Positions 1-13,210 are shown, counted from the stretch's first letter. The stretch: 64,000 bases of DNA from Octopus vulgaris (GCA_951406725.2 OX597833.1:36828001-36892000), one strand, 5' to 3'. Notes: generated from the letters alone by a model not told the origin. A program made the numbers and translations.

Positions 1-880
1 TGTCTGCTGGATGAGTTTGGAGGTGTATTCTTTTAGCATCGTAATGCTTATGTCTATATGCTTCTATTTAGGCGTGAGTATTGCTTTGACTTCACTACAG
101 TTCATTGAGATAGAAAGTATTTTGAGATGTAGTTAGAAAATTTGATTAAAATCAAGGTCCATAAGATTTTTTTACTTTTAGCTCTAATATTGTCCGATAT
201 CTCGCGATTTAATCCTTATATCTCTAGCTGTCTGTTCTCTATTTGATTCATTTATATTGTATTCTTTAAATGTACTTTTATATGCTTTATAAAACATTTT
301 GTTTTATATTTACTATAACCACTTCCTCTCCCGTGTTTTTCTTAGCATTGGTCAATTCCCTGAACTTAGATCCAGCACCTTGATATGAAACATCGTGTGG
401 CGTAGTGTGTGTGTGTGTGTGTGAGTGTGTATGTGTGTGTGTGTGTGTGTGTGTGAGTGTGTATGTGTGTATGTGTGTGTGTGTGTGTGCGCGCGCGCGT
501 GTATGTGTGTGTGTGTGTGTTTGTGTGTGTATTTAATGACCATACGAAACTAATTCATCTAGTTTTTGTCATCCATACATTCTACATATTAAGAGAAGAT
601 TGTGAATGTATACTGAGAATTGAAGCATTGGTTCAGATCACAATGTTCTGGTTATCTGATGAGCTAACTTTCTTTATCTGCATTTATTTGTAAATATTAA
701 ACTGTATTGTATAATGTGTAAACATACTTTATTATGGACTGAAATTATCATTACACCTGTAATCTTACAGATATGAAGTGGTTAAATAAATACATTCACC
801 TCCTATACCTCCTCACACACACAAACACACACACACATATGTATATATATATGTGTGTGTGTGTGTGTTTGTGTATGCGT

Positions 881-1831
881 GAACCATATCCCATAGATAA
901 TGCGGTTTTTTTCAATTGCATGAACTAAAACTCGGAGGAGTACGGGATAAACTAACTGCATCAACTTGCTATAAAAGCAGGTAGTAATTTTAACTTGAGT
1001 TCAATGAGGATAAAAACGCAACGGAAAGTGTGAGGAATATTAATGCAGTATATGGCGATCGGACAGTAAGCGTAAGGCAGTGTCAACGGAGGTTTCAGAA
1101 ATTCCGAGCCGGAAACTACAGCTTAGAAGACGAGCCTCATCCTAGAAGATCTGTAGAAACCGACGAAGACGTCCTGCAAACCCTGGTCATAAATGTTGAG
1201 GAACTGACAGAGAAGCTTGGATTTGCTCATTCAACCATTCATCGACACCTGCGTGGCCATCGAAAAAGTCAGCAAATTGGGTCAGTGGATCCCTCTCAAA
1301 ACTTTCCGAGTCTAATCGCGCACAGAGTGGGAATGTGTACTCTTCTTTGACGTCACGTCTCAATAATGAACGTTTTTTGAGTCGAATAGTGACCCAAACC
1401 AAACGATGACAAAGGAGATCTACTGCGAGCAGCTTGAGCGGCTTCAGTGAGCGCTAGAAGAAAAATGACCATCTTTGGTTTCAAGACAAAAAGTGTTCTT
1501 CCGTCAGGATAATGCTCGGTCACATACCACGACGATGACATTCTAAAGGCTGGAGCAGTTTGAATGAGAAACGATGCCCCACCCACCATATTCGCCGGAC
1601 ATTGCCCCATCTGATTATCATTTATTCAGTCTTCAAAATCATTTGGACAGAAAAAATATGAATTCTGCAGAGGAAGTCAGAACAGTACTAGAGAAATATT
1701 TTTCGTCCGGACAAATGAATTTTGGAAGAGGGGCCTTGCAAGTGTACCAAATAGATGGAAGAGCATTGTAGAAAATGAAGGAGAGTACATTTTAGATTTA
1801 AAAATCCGCATTATTTTTGGGAGGAGCCAAT
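881..1831 (+). mobile_element. Decayed mariner (Mos1/SETMAR-like) DNA transposon
   Basis: Frameshifted transposase pieces: HTH region 'RNINAVYGDRTVSVRQCQRRFQKFRAGNYSLEDEPH', 'QDNARSH', and the mariner signature 'HPPYSPDIAPSDYHLF'. Imperfect TIRs: TCCCATAGATAATGCGGTTTTT (~889-910) vs AAAATCCGCATTATTTTTGGGA (1801-1822). Confidence 0.9.
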
Positions 1832-1909
1832 TATATACGTATATGAATATATGCATTCATGAGATAAATTAAAGAACCAGCAAAGCCAACCAATCAGTCG
1901 ATATGTGAC

Positions 1910-2425
1910 ATTCAATAGGGAAATCATCAATACTCGGCAAGAATACCAAAATACGATTTTACAAAAGCAACATACATAGCATCCTACTCTGTGGATCCGA
2001 ATGCTGGAAAATAACCAAAAGCATTGAAAAGAAATTGGAGGTGTTTCAAAATAATTGTTTACGAAAATCTTTGGTGTTCTACTGGCCGAATATGATCTCA
2101 GCTAGCCAACTTACACTTAATTATTAAGGATAACGTGAAACAACAATATGAGAAACTATTGAAGCAAGGGGATGGAAATAGCTGGGTCAAGTTTGTCACT
2201 ATAAACCGAACTCAATTGTCAGGATCGCTTTGCAATGGGATCCACAAGGTAAAAGATGACGTGGTCGACCAAAGGAAACGTGGCGGAGAACAATAGCAAA
2301 AGGTCTTAAACGCAAAAGGTTAACAATAGAACAAGTTGTCAAGGACGCTTTCAGCGTTAGAAGGTAGAATGATCTTGTTGTCGCCTCAGGTATTACAAGG
2401 CACGTGAGAACCGAATGAATGAATT
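1910..2425 (+). mobile_element. RTE-clade LINE 3' fragment (pseudogenised ORF C-terminus)
   Basis: Manual translation 'SILLCGSECWKITKSIEKKLEVFQNNCLRK...RIALQWDPQGKR*RGRPKETWRRT' matches the typical RTE C-terminus. Ends in a short (TGAA)n tail. Confidence 0.85.
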
Positions 2426-2678
2426 GTTTATGTACGTATGACTGTAGGTTTAGGGGTAAAACCTATACACATTATTGAAGGTCCAAGTCCTTCGTACGTA
2501 ACACTTTATCAAATAAACCAAATTTTCAGAGCTTGACTCATTAATGTCATTTATCATCTAAATAATGAAATATATTTACTCATGAATTTTGAGTTTTAAA
2601 TCTTAGTGCTTGAATCACTAAGCACACACACACACTTGCATGTATGCACACACACACACACACCTATGTATATTATGT

Positions 2679-2713
<35 letters not shown>

Positions 2714-2816
2714 CTTTAATATATATATATATATATATAATACTTTAATTGTTCCACGTCCTCGCGTTGCTGTGTTTTTTTCTCTCTTTTTTTTTTCTGT
2801 GTTTTCTTGTTTGGAT

Positions 2817-2908
<92 letters not shown>

Positions 2909-3272
2909 CATACACATATGCATACATCTATGAATGCACGCGCTTAACCGGTTTCACATTTGATTTCTTTTTAATGGGTGATGTGGAGCTGTGTCACAAA
3001 TTATCTTTTCTGAGCTTTGTTGTAAAAATCATTTGCTTTCATAGGAAGGGGTTGAATGGGTAGAATACATCAAAGAGGCGTGTAATAGATACATACAATT
3101 AGTACTCTGATCGGACCAGTTACCTGAAGTCCATGTTCGAACGAAAGGAATGGAATCCAAGCAAACAAATGTTGGCTGTAGGCAATGAACCGGTCGAGCT
3201 GATGAAGCTATAATGAAACCTAAGATAAACAGTCGGTTGTTAATGGCATCAAAACATTTCCATAGTATAGAG

Positions 3273-3491
3273 CAGTGGTTTTCAACCAGGGTTCCGCAGA
3301 ACCTTAAGGTTCCGCCAGTACAGTCCAGGGTTTCCGCAAGAAGTTACAAAACTGCTAAAATCGGCAGTAATTTTTAATTCTCCTGTGCAGATATGTGTGC
3401 ATAAGACTATTAAATTATTGCACAGGGGTTCCTCGAGCCAGTGGAAAGTTTCCTTGGGGTTCCGCTCCAGCAAAAAGGTTGAAAAGCACTG
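3273..3491. mobile_element. hAT (Charlie-like) MITE, copy 1
   Basis: TIRs CAGTGGTTTTCAACC / GGTTGAAAAGCACTG. 8-bp TSD GTATAGAG / GTCTAGAG (1 mismatch, NTCTAGAN-type). Near-identical copy at 54307. Confidence 0.9.
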
Positions 3492-3504
3492 GTCTAGAGA
3501 ACTG

Positions 3505-3595
<91 letters not shown>

Positions 3596-3601
3596 TTTAT
3601 T

Positions 3602-3652
<51 letters not shown>

Positions 3653-3834
3653 AATTAATGTGATGTATGTGGAATTTTAAAAATATTATTGCTGCATCGA
3701 TATTGACTTTCACTTCAAATTTCGCCTCGCGAAATTTATTCAAATATATATATGTGCATGCATGCATGCATGTATGTATGTATGTATGTATGTATGTATG
3801 TATGTATGTATGTATGTATGTATGTATGTATGTG

Positions 3835-4050
3835 TTATTGTGTCTGGAGAGAGTCAACGACTATTGAAAAGGTTACAAGGTGTAACGAAAATTTTAGAAA
3901 AATACATAAGTAAATGAGTGGAAATCGAACCGGTGAGTGTGTTAAATAATAACGCACTAAAAGAGAATGACCCTCCCCAAACACAATAAAATATGCTTCA
4001 ACACACGAATTCACATGAAGTATCTTGCAAGCAAAATACAAAAACGAAAT
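3835..4050 (+). mobile_element. Short non-coding PLE pseudo-LTR-like insert with hammerhead-like motif
   Basis: Flanked by (TATG)n and (TA)n. Short inverted ends (GTTATTGTGTCTGGAGAGAGTCA / TGACCCTCCCCAAACACAATAA). Homologous to 4123-4430 and 22278-22420. Confidence 0.6.
3861..3897 (+). ncRNA. Minimal hammerhead-like motif (U3-A8 core variant)
   Basis: CTA-TTGAAAA-G-GTTAC-aaggt-GTAAC-GAA-AATT-T-TAG: stem I CTA/TAG, stem II GTTAC/GTAAC, palindromic AATT in place of stem III. Confidence 0.5.
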
Positions 4051-4122
4051 ATATATATATATATATATATATATACATGTGTGTGTATTCCTCTCTCTAT
4101 ATATATTAATATATTAGTATAT

Positions 4123-4430
4123 ACTGTTGTGTCTGGGGAGAGTCATTTTTGGTGCCTTATAACGTAAATTATACTCACCGGTAAAATTTCCACTTATTTC
4201 TTATTTTCATTTTCCTAATATTTTCGTTGCGTCTTGCAACCTTTTCAATAGTCTTGACTCTCTGAGAGGAAAATAAAAATAAGAAATAAGTGGAAATTTC
4301 ACCGGTGAGTGTGTTACATTATAAGGCACAAAAAGAAAATTACTCTCCCCAGACACAACAGAATATGCTTCAACACACGAAATCATATAAAGAATCTTGC
4401 AAACCAAATCCAAAAACGAAATATTAATAT
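4123..4430. repeat. Fold-back (inverted-repeat) element with a hammerhead-like motif in the loop (4215-4251, minus strand)
   Basis: Arms ~4124-4215 and ~4267-4360 are reverse complements. Same family as 3835-4050. Confidence 0.75.
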
Positions 4431-4450
4431 ATACATTTCTATATATGAAT

Positions 4451-4482
<32 letters not shown>

Positions 4483-4750
4483 TGAGAGAAAGAGAGAGCC
4501 AGAGAGTGTTGAGTAAGATAATACATCTTGAAAGAGTGTGAGTTATGCAATAAGCACATATACGCTTGCACACACACACACACACACACTCATACATTGA
4601 TTATTTCTGTCGTGTCATTAGTTTTAGGTTCTTCTCGTTCTATTCTCCTCTTTCTATCTTCACACATACTGTTATCCATGTTTCTATCTTCCAAGCTTTT
4701 TCTGTCTTTCTTTACCTCTCACTTCCAGTATCTCTCTCTCTCTCTCTCTT

Positions 4751-4827
<77 letters not shown>

Positions 4828-6432
4828 TACTTTCATTCAATTTCCGTCCTTTGTTGCACTTAGTTTTTTTACTTTTTCCCTTTCACTCTATTTTCCTCCT
4901 CTCTTTGACCTTCTATTTATAATTTGTCAGTGTATATACATCATCCCTTTCTTAATCATATACCTCTACACTACATATATAATTATGCTTCCTATTCCTC
5001 TCCATTCCCTTTCATTGACTTACTCCCTCTCCACTATCTTCTCCCCTCTCTCTCTCTCTCTCTCTCACTCTTTCTCTTTAACAGCAGTAGTAGCCGACAG
5101 ATCACGTGACATTCTCTGTACAAACTTTACTGAACCATTTTTGTGTGCCACCTCATTACATGTTCTCACAATATAAGCTGCACGCACGCACGCACTCACA
5201 CACACATACATATGCCTGCGCGCACGAGCGAGCGTGTGTGTGTGTGTGTGTGTGTGTGTGATGTATGTGTGCACGTACGTAAATTATTTCAGATATACGC
5301 GTAAAGCAATATATATATTGAATATACATTACAATCTATTCTTTTCACTCAGACACATGAAACTGCATACATAGAAACGCATACGCATCTGCGAAACACA
5401 TATGGGCACAGACACATTAATGCACACCAACTGAGAAAAATTAGGTCACTGCAACCTGCCCCCTCATGCCACTACTACATCAGCATCCTACCACCTTTTA
5501 TTATTTATTATACAATTTTTCTCCCTCTTCTCCTACATTTCCTTTTCCCCTTTATCTACGCTCTTCCCTACCAATCTCTTACCACTCACCGTATTTTTTC
5601 ATTTTGTTGGTTTTTTTTTTATTATTATTCATCTCTTACTCTTTTATTCTGTCGCTCTCTATGCTACGTTTTCGTTCAAAGACATTGTTTCGTGTGCCAT
5701 ATATTTTGAAGAAATAAGATTATGAGATGTTGATGGTTTTCTGAAAGATTATTAGCTATTTATGTGCATTAAAGAAGTGTTAAATGTAATGACTTCGATT
5801 TCAAACGACAATAATATCTGGTGTTACGAAAACTGACAACCAGAAAATTTTACAAGACTGCTTCATCCTAAATCAGTGCTTCTTTTCATATTTGCTCTTC
5901 ATGGCATTAAAACAGATCGGATTCAGCACTACTTGATTTATTTTCATTTGATAGTTGCCTGAGCAATATTATTGCGTAAGATCCTTACATTTCTCATTGA
6001 CAATTAAGAGAAATAAATGAATCTGTCAACCAGGAAAACGAGTTTTAGATTTGTTTCGACCCAGGTCAGTCCTGATCAAGCATTATCAATTGTATTCCGA
6101 GATAATTCAGTTGTTTTAGGAATATTATGTACGATTACAATGTTCAGTGTCTCCTTTCCTTTTTCAAGTGTTAGGATGTGATTTCGAATAGATATGGTTC
6201 TAGGCCTTAGAAGGTCGTGTCACAATATATATATATGCGTATGTATGTATGTATGTATGTATGTATGTATGTATGTATGTATGTATGTGTATGATGTATC
6301 TGTTCCTGACTACATAGGTTTCATCAGAGCAATAGTTGACCTACTTTATCTTCAGTAGAATGAAGCACTTGAAAATATACACAAAATACTACTACAGATT
6401 TATAGTAAAGAAAATCCATCAAAGGTAAATCT

Positions 6433-6489
<57 letters not shown>

Positions 6490-6490
6490 C

Positions 6491-6547
<57 letters not shown>

Positions 6548-6594
6548 GTCAGTCAGGCAGGCAGGTAGACAGACAGACAAACATATAGATAGAT

Positions 6595-6726
6595 AAGTTT
6601 CTTTATTGGCCACACAGGGCTGCACACAGATGGGACAAGTTACAAGGTAGAGCTTTTCTTTTGGGGGAGAAAAAAAAAGGTGGCGTAGGTTTTCGATCAA
6701 AAGGGATCGTAAAAGGGAAAAAAAGA

Positions 6727-6759
<33 letters not shown>

Positions 6760-7106
6760 GTAAAAAAAGAAAAAAGGGAAAAGGAACAAAAGAAAAGAAA
6801 AATGAAAAAAGAAGAAGAGGAAAAAAGGGGAAGAGGATAAAAAAACGATCAATAGGGATCGCGTATCAGTGTGGTGTAAAGGGGAAAGCAAGTAAGGTTT
6901 ATCCGTGGGAAGAAAAGCCTACGAAAAAGACCACGGTAACCTTGGTCAATATTATTATATGTTACCACATTTGTTTGCAAGTGGGTGACCCTCTGTTTTC
7001 AATTTCTGGGTTCATAGGATTATGCTCAAGGTGGCTTCGTCATTCATACGTGCCATCCATGCTACATTCACGCATCTTTTTTTAAAACGTTCGCCAGACA
7101 AAACTT
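6595..7106 (-). mobile_element. 5'-truncated LINE (Tx1/L1-like) 3' end inserted in (GATA)n, copy 1
   Basis: Minus strand: ORF end 'VLSGERFKKRCVNVAWMARMNDEATLSIIL*', T-rich 3'UTR, AATAAA then (TATC)n. GATA repeats on both sides. Copies at 25019 and 49332. The Tx1 clade assignment is inferred. Confidence 0.75.
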
Positions 7107-7792
7107 GATAGATAGATAGATAGATAGATAGATGTGGTGTAAAAATATGTACATGTGTGAATACACACGTATATTCAAGCATGCATATATGTATGTATAT
7201 GCGTGTATGTTTATTTTATTAGGTGTAAACTGATGTAGCTTCCAATTAAATGAGAGCGTAATTTAGCGATTCAATGTGTACTCGCGCACGTGCGTGCGCG
7301 TGTGTGTGCGCGTGTATATATGTAAATCGTGTGTGTGTGTATATGTATGTGTGTGTACATGCATATTTATGCATATATATATATATACATATACATACAT
7401 ACATACATACAAACATACATACATACATACATACAAGCTTACAAACATACATATACATGAGAAAAGAATAGAAATTGCGTAATCACTTACATTAGCATAC
7501 AGCTGTTTCTGCTATGATAACCATTGCACTTAGAAGAGAGTGCTCTGCACTATTCTTACTATGCACCAAATGAAACTTTGCAATAGATTGACAGAGAATC
7601 CAATCATCTTGTGAATGGGATTCTGAAAACGTCTCTATCCAAGCATCTAAAGTATCTACTAATATGAAAATATTTAACAAAGGTTTTCTTTTTCATTTTT
7701 CTCTAGAGTCTTTCACTTACTTAATATTATTATTCGTTAATATTTTTTTTTACTATAGTTATCATTACTGCAGTTATTATTATTAATATTAC

Positions 7793-7843
<51 letters not shown>

Positions 7844-7856
7844 CATCATCATCATT

Positions 7857-7909
<53 letters not shown>

Positions 7910-8188
7910 TATCATCATCATAGAACATATTACTTCATACAGGTCATTACTGTTAACAATCGATCGGTCTATTCCAATATCACTATAACTTCCTAATATA
8001 TTATTATAACCAGCTCTATTGTCCATACTAAGTGAACGAGTGTATGTATATATGTATGCACGTGTATATGTGTTTATCTCCTTATCTATATGTACGTATA
8101 TATGTATATGTATAGCTGAATGGATGGATGAATATAGCTGAGTAGAGTTGAATGTGTGAGCATGTATGTGTGCATGTATATATTTGTC

Positions 8189-8627
8189 CATATGCATATA
8201 TACATACATATATGTACGTACCTACCTCTACATGTATATATACATGCATATATGGGTACAGGACACCAAAAAACGTCGAACACAATGTGAAACGAAAACA
8301 TAAACACAAAACCAAGGATATGGACAATCGCCTTGACCTTCGAAACGTGGAGTAGATGAAACTAAGGCGACTGAAGAAGGGGAATTTTCCTTGTTTTGTA
8401 CGTCCTGTACTCTGTTTAAAAGAAATGTCCATTTCCTTGGTTTTGTGTTTATGTTTTCGTTTTTCATTGTGTTCGACGTTTTTTGGTGTCCTGTACCCAT
8501 ATATGCATGTATATATATATATGTAGTGGTAGATACGTACATATATGTATGTATATATGCATATGTTTTATTTATTAATTTATTATATGACGGAACGCAC
8601 GCATCTCTTTCTAAGTAAGACTGTTCT

Positions 8628-8630
<3 letters not shown>
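8189..8630. repeat. Fold-back element (~135-bp arms) with hammerhead half-motifs in the loop
   Basis: 8189-8324 vs 8426-8565 are reverse complements. Loop contains CGAAACGTGGAGTA and CTGAAGAAG. Related sequence at 38820-38985 (minus). Confidence 0.75.
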
Positions 8631-8699
<69 letters not shown>

Positions 8700-8763
8700 A
8701 TATACATATATATATATGTATATATATATACATACATACACACATGCACACACATATATTTTT

Positions 8764-8877
8764 AAAAATTGACTAGAGATGGCTTTTAGGGGATAATTTA
8801 TATTTTAATAATAATGTTTACAAAACATTATTGAAATATAAAAATTATCCCAAAAATGCCATCTCTACTCAATTTTT
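8764..8877. repeat. Imperfect ~115-bp palindrome
   Basis: AAAAATTGACTAGAGATGGCTTTTAGGGGATAATTT...AATTATCCCAAAAATGCCATCTCTACTCAATTTTT. Confidence 0.8.
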
Positions 8878-8919
8878 CAAATATATAAAACTGTACCAAG
8901 AACTTTCATTTTCTTATTC

Positions 8920-8997
<78 letters not shown>

Positions 8998-9009
8998 CTA
9001 AGTGTAAAT

Positions 9010-9245
<236 letters not shown>

Positions 9246-9372
9246 TTAGCTATGTGTGTGTATGTGTGTGTATGCATGAATATGTGAGTGTATGTATTTA
9301 TTGCGTAACTCTCACACTTCAAAATATATTATCTAACTCAACTCTCTCTGTCCCTCTATCTGTTTGTAATTT

Positions 9373-9420
<48 letters not shown>

Positions 9421-9544
9421 TATCTGTTTGTAATTATTTATATATATATATGCATATAATTATTTGTTTATTTGAGTATGTATGTACGTGTCTATATATG
9501 TACATATTTATATGCATGTGTATATGTGCGTGTGCATATGTATA

Positions 9545-10649
9545 TATATATGTACAGCAAATTTCTGTCTGTCTGTTACCATCTTGCTGCCTACACCAGT
9601 AAACCAATCTTAACGAAACTTTGCATGCATGTTAAACTAACATCCAGTTGAATTATAGGCTAATTGGATTTCAATACAAATCTATTATGATCCCTCTACA
9701 GGGGGCTGTAGCATATGCTTACAAATCAATAACAGATCTATTGATATGAATTAAGTAAGTTTTCTGTAAGGCTCAACCATGAACTCCTTGGTGTAAACAG
9801 CGTGCGACTTTTGTGAGAAGAACTGAGGTTTCCAAAAGGAAAACAATTCTGCATGCGCCTGTACGTCACGCTAAGGTCACGTTAAGGACACGGCCGACTG
9901 CAGGATTCGTGAATAGGACATGTAATGACCAATGACCTGAAGCTGGTTCACCATGAGGTTAATTTGATGAATTAAATCCAAATCGCAATAACATATTAAT
10001 CATTTGTATCGCGCAACACGAGATACAGCCATGCTACGATAAGCTACGACACGCGACAACGCCAGCTACAATACATGGATTTTAAATCTATCTATTTATC
10101 TAATATATATTACTCAGATGCAAATTCGTTTGTTGAAATAATATAGGGACAGTTCTTATTCACATACTAATCGAATTAATAGTTTGCAACACCTGTTTTT
10201 AGCAATAAATTATTACCATAAACGACGAGTTGGGCATAATGACGGGAATTGAAGAGGAACCGGGATAGGACATGGAACAGTGTAATGGTAAACGAAAACT
10301 GAGAATAACCACCGCTTTCCCAGTATTACCGGTCAACTAATCTACTTTACTCAGATGCATATTCGTTTGTTAAGAAAGTATAAGGACATACCTTATTCAC
10401 TCACTAATCCTATTAATAGTTTGTAATACCTATTTTTAGCAATAAACTATTACCATGAAGGTTAATAAAATATTTAATGCCTTAATTACACCTAAAATTT
10501 ATATATTGACATAGGATTGGGGATAGGAATGGAAGCTGAACTAAAACGGGAACTGAACAGGGAACGGGATAGGACATGAAACAGTGGTATGGGAACAGGA
10601 ACTGGAAATAACCGCTGCTTCTCCGGGTATTACCGGGTAATTCAGCTAG
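9545..10649 (+). mobile_element. Non-autonomous Helitron-like cluster with a tandemly duplicated 3' module
   Basis: 10100-10340 and 10340-10649 are diverged direct repeats. Ends in CCGGGTATTACCGGG followed by CTAG|T (10646-10650), the Helitron 3' signature. 5' part has (GTCT)n and an AACCAATCTTAACGAAACTTTGCA motif. Confidence 0.65.
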
Positions 10650-10746
<97 letters not shown>

Positions 10747-10778
10747 ATGTATGTATGTATGTATGTATATATGTATGT

Positions 10779-11027
10779 GGAGGCACATAGCCTAGTGGTT
10801 AGAGGAGCGGACTCGCGGTCGAGAGATCGCGGGTTCGAATCTCAGACCGGCAGAGGGTATGAACTTCTGCTGACTCTTTCGCCACAACTTTCTCTTACTC
10901 TTTCCTCCTGAATCTTTCAGCTCACCTGTGACGGACCGGCGTCCCGTCCAGGTGGGAAACCTATACGCCAAGGAAACCGGGAAACCGGCCCTAATGAGCT
11001 AGGCATGGCTCGAGAAGGAACAAACAA

Positions 11028-11030
<3 letters not shown>
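10779..11030 (+). mobile_element. tRNA-derived SINE (family C)
   Basis: A box TAGCCTAGTGG, B box GGTTCGAATC, body CCTGTGACGGACCGGCGTCCCGTCCAGG, short (ACAA) tail. Confidence 0.85.
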
Positions 11031-11074
<44 letters not shown>

Positions 11075-11609
11075 AATATATGTATGTATGTATGCATGCA
11101 TGCAGCTATGTATGTATGTATGTATATATGTATGTATGTATGTATGTAGGTATGTATGTATGTATGAACATATGATTTTTGATTTATTAAAATAATCTAT
11201 GCCTCTAAAAGTTGGCAGTTATGACCGGCTTTATATGAGTAGGAGAAATAATCTCAAGAACAAACTATTCCCCATTTGTGACATGGTATTAAGCAAGCGT
11301 ATAAGTATATTGTCTGGAGAATAGGAGATAGCAGTGGATACGTGTTTCCACCTCTATAAGCATCATCACAAGGATAGTTTTCAAACCCTATCTCCCAGTA
11401 GGCACGACACTGAGACTAATACAAAAAGGACAGAACACATCTATTGCAAACAGACTCGAACAATTAAAATAAAAATGAGCTAACTGATATACAACATGAT
11501 ATACAACATGCTTTTCAACATTTTGTAGAAATACAGGATTATCAGTACATATTTGTTCAACTAAAGATCCTTCCAGAATCATATAGACTCACAGCGCTGA
11601 TTTTCCAGT

Positions 11610-12080
11610 TTCCGTGGAGCATACTTTCGCCTATTTCAGTTTTAGCATGGGTTGATTAGCCTATCCTTGGGGTTGTTCTTAAAACTTTTTGAATCTTAAG
11701 TGTAAATTAAAGGTTTGTTGGATGGGTAATTAAATCTCTCGTGAATGTTTAGATTGGTGGCGATTTTTCTTTGCTTCTAGGTCAACATCGTCGTACAAAT
11801 TTAGGCCTACCTTCTTGTATGTGTCAGTGATACAAGTTGATTCCTATTGATAATATAAAGGTTCAAGATTTTATCGCACAGGACGAAGTTTTTCTTTGCA
11901 ATCCTCACAGGCTGCACGTTATCATTTAGGGAACGTTAAAAACTGTTCTTCCCTTTCCAGAATTTAGTGCATTTTATTAAGTCGAAGAACTCTCATTGGG
12001 AATGTCTTAAAGCCATAATGGCTGAAAGGATTTTCGTCCATTTCTTGTCCCCGCTTTCAATGTTGCGTTCCCGTTTCAAA
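11610..12080 (-). mobile_element. Penelope-like element RT N-terminal fragment (decayed)
   Basis: Manual minus-strand translation with frameshifts: 'CITDTYKKVGLNLYDDVDLEARKIATNLNIHERF...SFKNNPKDRLINP.KTEIG'. Resembles the PLE 'KDHKENF.NNP..RLINP.K.EIG' motif as I recall it. Confidence 0.6.
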
Positions 12081-12361
12081 GTATGTACGTCATCTCATTC
12101 TGTTGTCTTCTCTATCAAACTTTTTAGATATTCGATTACTTTCCCGATTCTGTTTTGCACCTGTGCTCTCTCCCTCCTCTCTCTCCCTCTCTCTCTCTCT
12201 CTATCTATCTATCTCTCCTCCCGCGCGCACACATATACACATACATACACACACACACACACAAACATGTATGTGTGCGCGTGTGTGTGTGTGTGAAATA
12301 AAATAAGATAATAGGGCCAAGGAAATTTGTTATTCCTAGGATATTTATAAATAGAAAAGCG

Positions 12362-12410
12362 ATCTTACAGCTGTTTCAGGGAAATAACTGATATCTCATC
12401 ATCAGAAACA
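12362..12410 (-). ncRNA. Minimal type-I hammerhead ribozyme motif (PLE-type)
   Basis: Minus strand: CTGATGA-T-gagata-tcagt-tatttc-cct-GAAAC-AGCT-GTA-aga. Palindromic ACAGCTGT at stem III. Stem I is weak. Confidence 0.6.
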
Positions 12411-12525
12411 AGTTAAAAGAGCTTCAATAGAAAAAAATTGGCGGAATTTGAACCCAGAACGAGCAGAAAGACGAAATGCCACTAAGCATTTTGCCCAGCG
12501 TGCTCACAGCTCACTGCATTGTGTC

Positions 12526-12584
<59 letters not shown>

Positions 12585-12585
<1 letters not shown>

Positions 12586-12854
12586 GGAACTCCGTCAGTT
12601 ACGACGACTAGGGTTCCAGTTGAGCCAATCAACAGATCAGCCTATTCGTGCATATGGCTGAACGTTCCGCAGACACGTGTACCCATCACGCAGTTCTCAG
12701 GAAGATTCAGTGTGACAAGGCTGGCCTTTGACATACAGGTGCAAATCACTTTTGCTAACTGGAGCAACGTGAAATAAAGTGTCATGCTCAAGGAATTGAA
12801 CTCACGACCTTACGATCGTGAGCCAAATACCGTAAACACTAAGCCGCGCGCCTT
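12585..12854 (-). mobile_element. tRNA-derived SINE (family D)
   Basis: Minus-strand head GGCGCGCGGCTTAGTG...GGTCGTGAGTTCAATTCC, followed by TTGAGCATGACACTTTATTTCACGTTGCTCCAGT. Related decayed pieces near 32860-33010 and 49020-49160. Confidence 0.7.
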
Positions 12855-12867
12855 ATATATATGCGTG

Positions 12868-12973
12868 TTACTTTGAGCAAATGTCTTCTACTATAGCCTT
12901 GGGCCGACCAAAGCCTTGTAAGTGGATTTGGTAGACGGAAACTGAAAGAAGCTCATGATATATATATATATAT

Positions 12974-13027
<54 letters not shown>

Positions 13028-13210
13028 GTGTGTTTGTCTGTGTTTGTCCCCCCCCCCATCGCTTGATAACCGATGTTGGTGTGTTTACATCCTCGAAACT
13101 TCGGTTCGGCGAAAGAGGCCTAGAATAAGTACTAGGCTTACAAAGAATAAGTCCTGGGGTCGATTTGTTCGACTAAAGGCTGTGCTCCAGCACGGCTGCA
13201 ATCAAATGAC
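12868..13210 (+). mobile_element. SINE family B, 5'-truncated
   Basis: Reverse-complement match to the 24281-24678 copy, with an internal (TA)/(TG) tract. Confidence 0.85.

Noticed and set aside
3199-3225. CTGATGA...GAAAC spacing suggestive of a hammerhead
   Set aside because: Stem II (gctataat) and stem I do not pair convincingly.
6308-6330. Minus-strand CTGATGAAACCTATGTA (hammerhead with stem II deleted?)
   Set aside because: No stem II and weak stem I; could be chance.
10779-10852. Possible tRNA gene
   Set aside because: It has A/B boxes but no proper acceptor stem and continues into a SINE body, so it is a SINE head.
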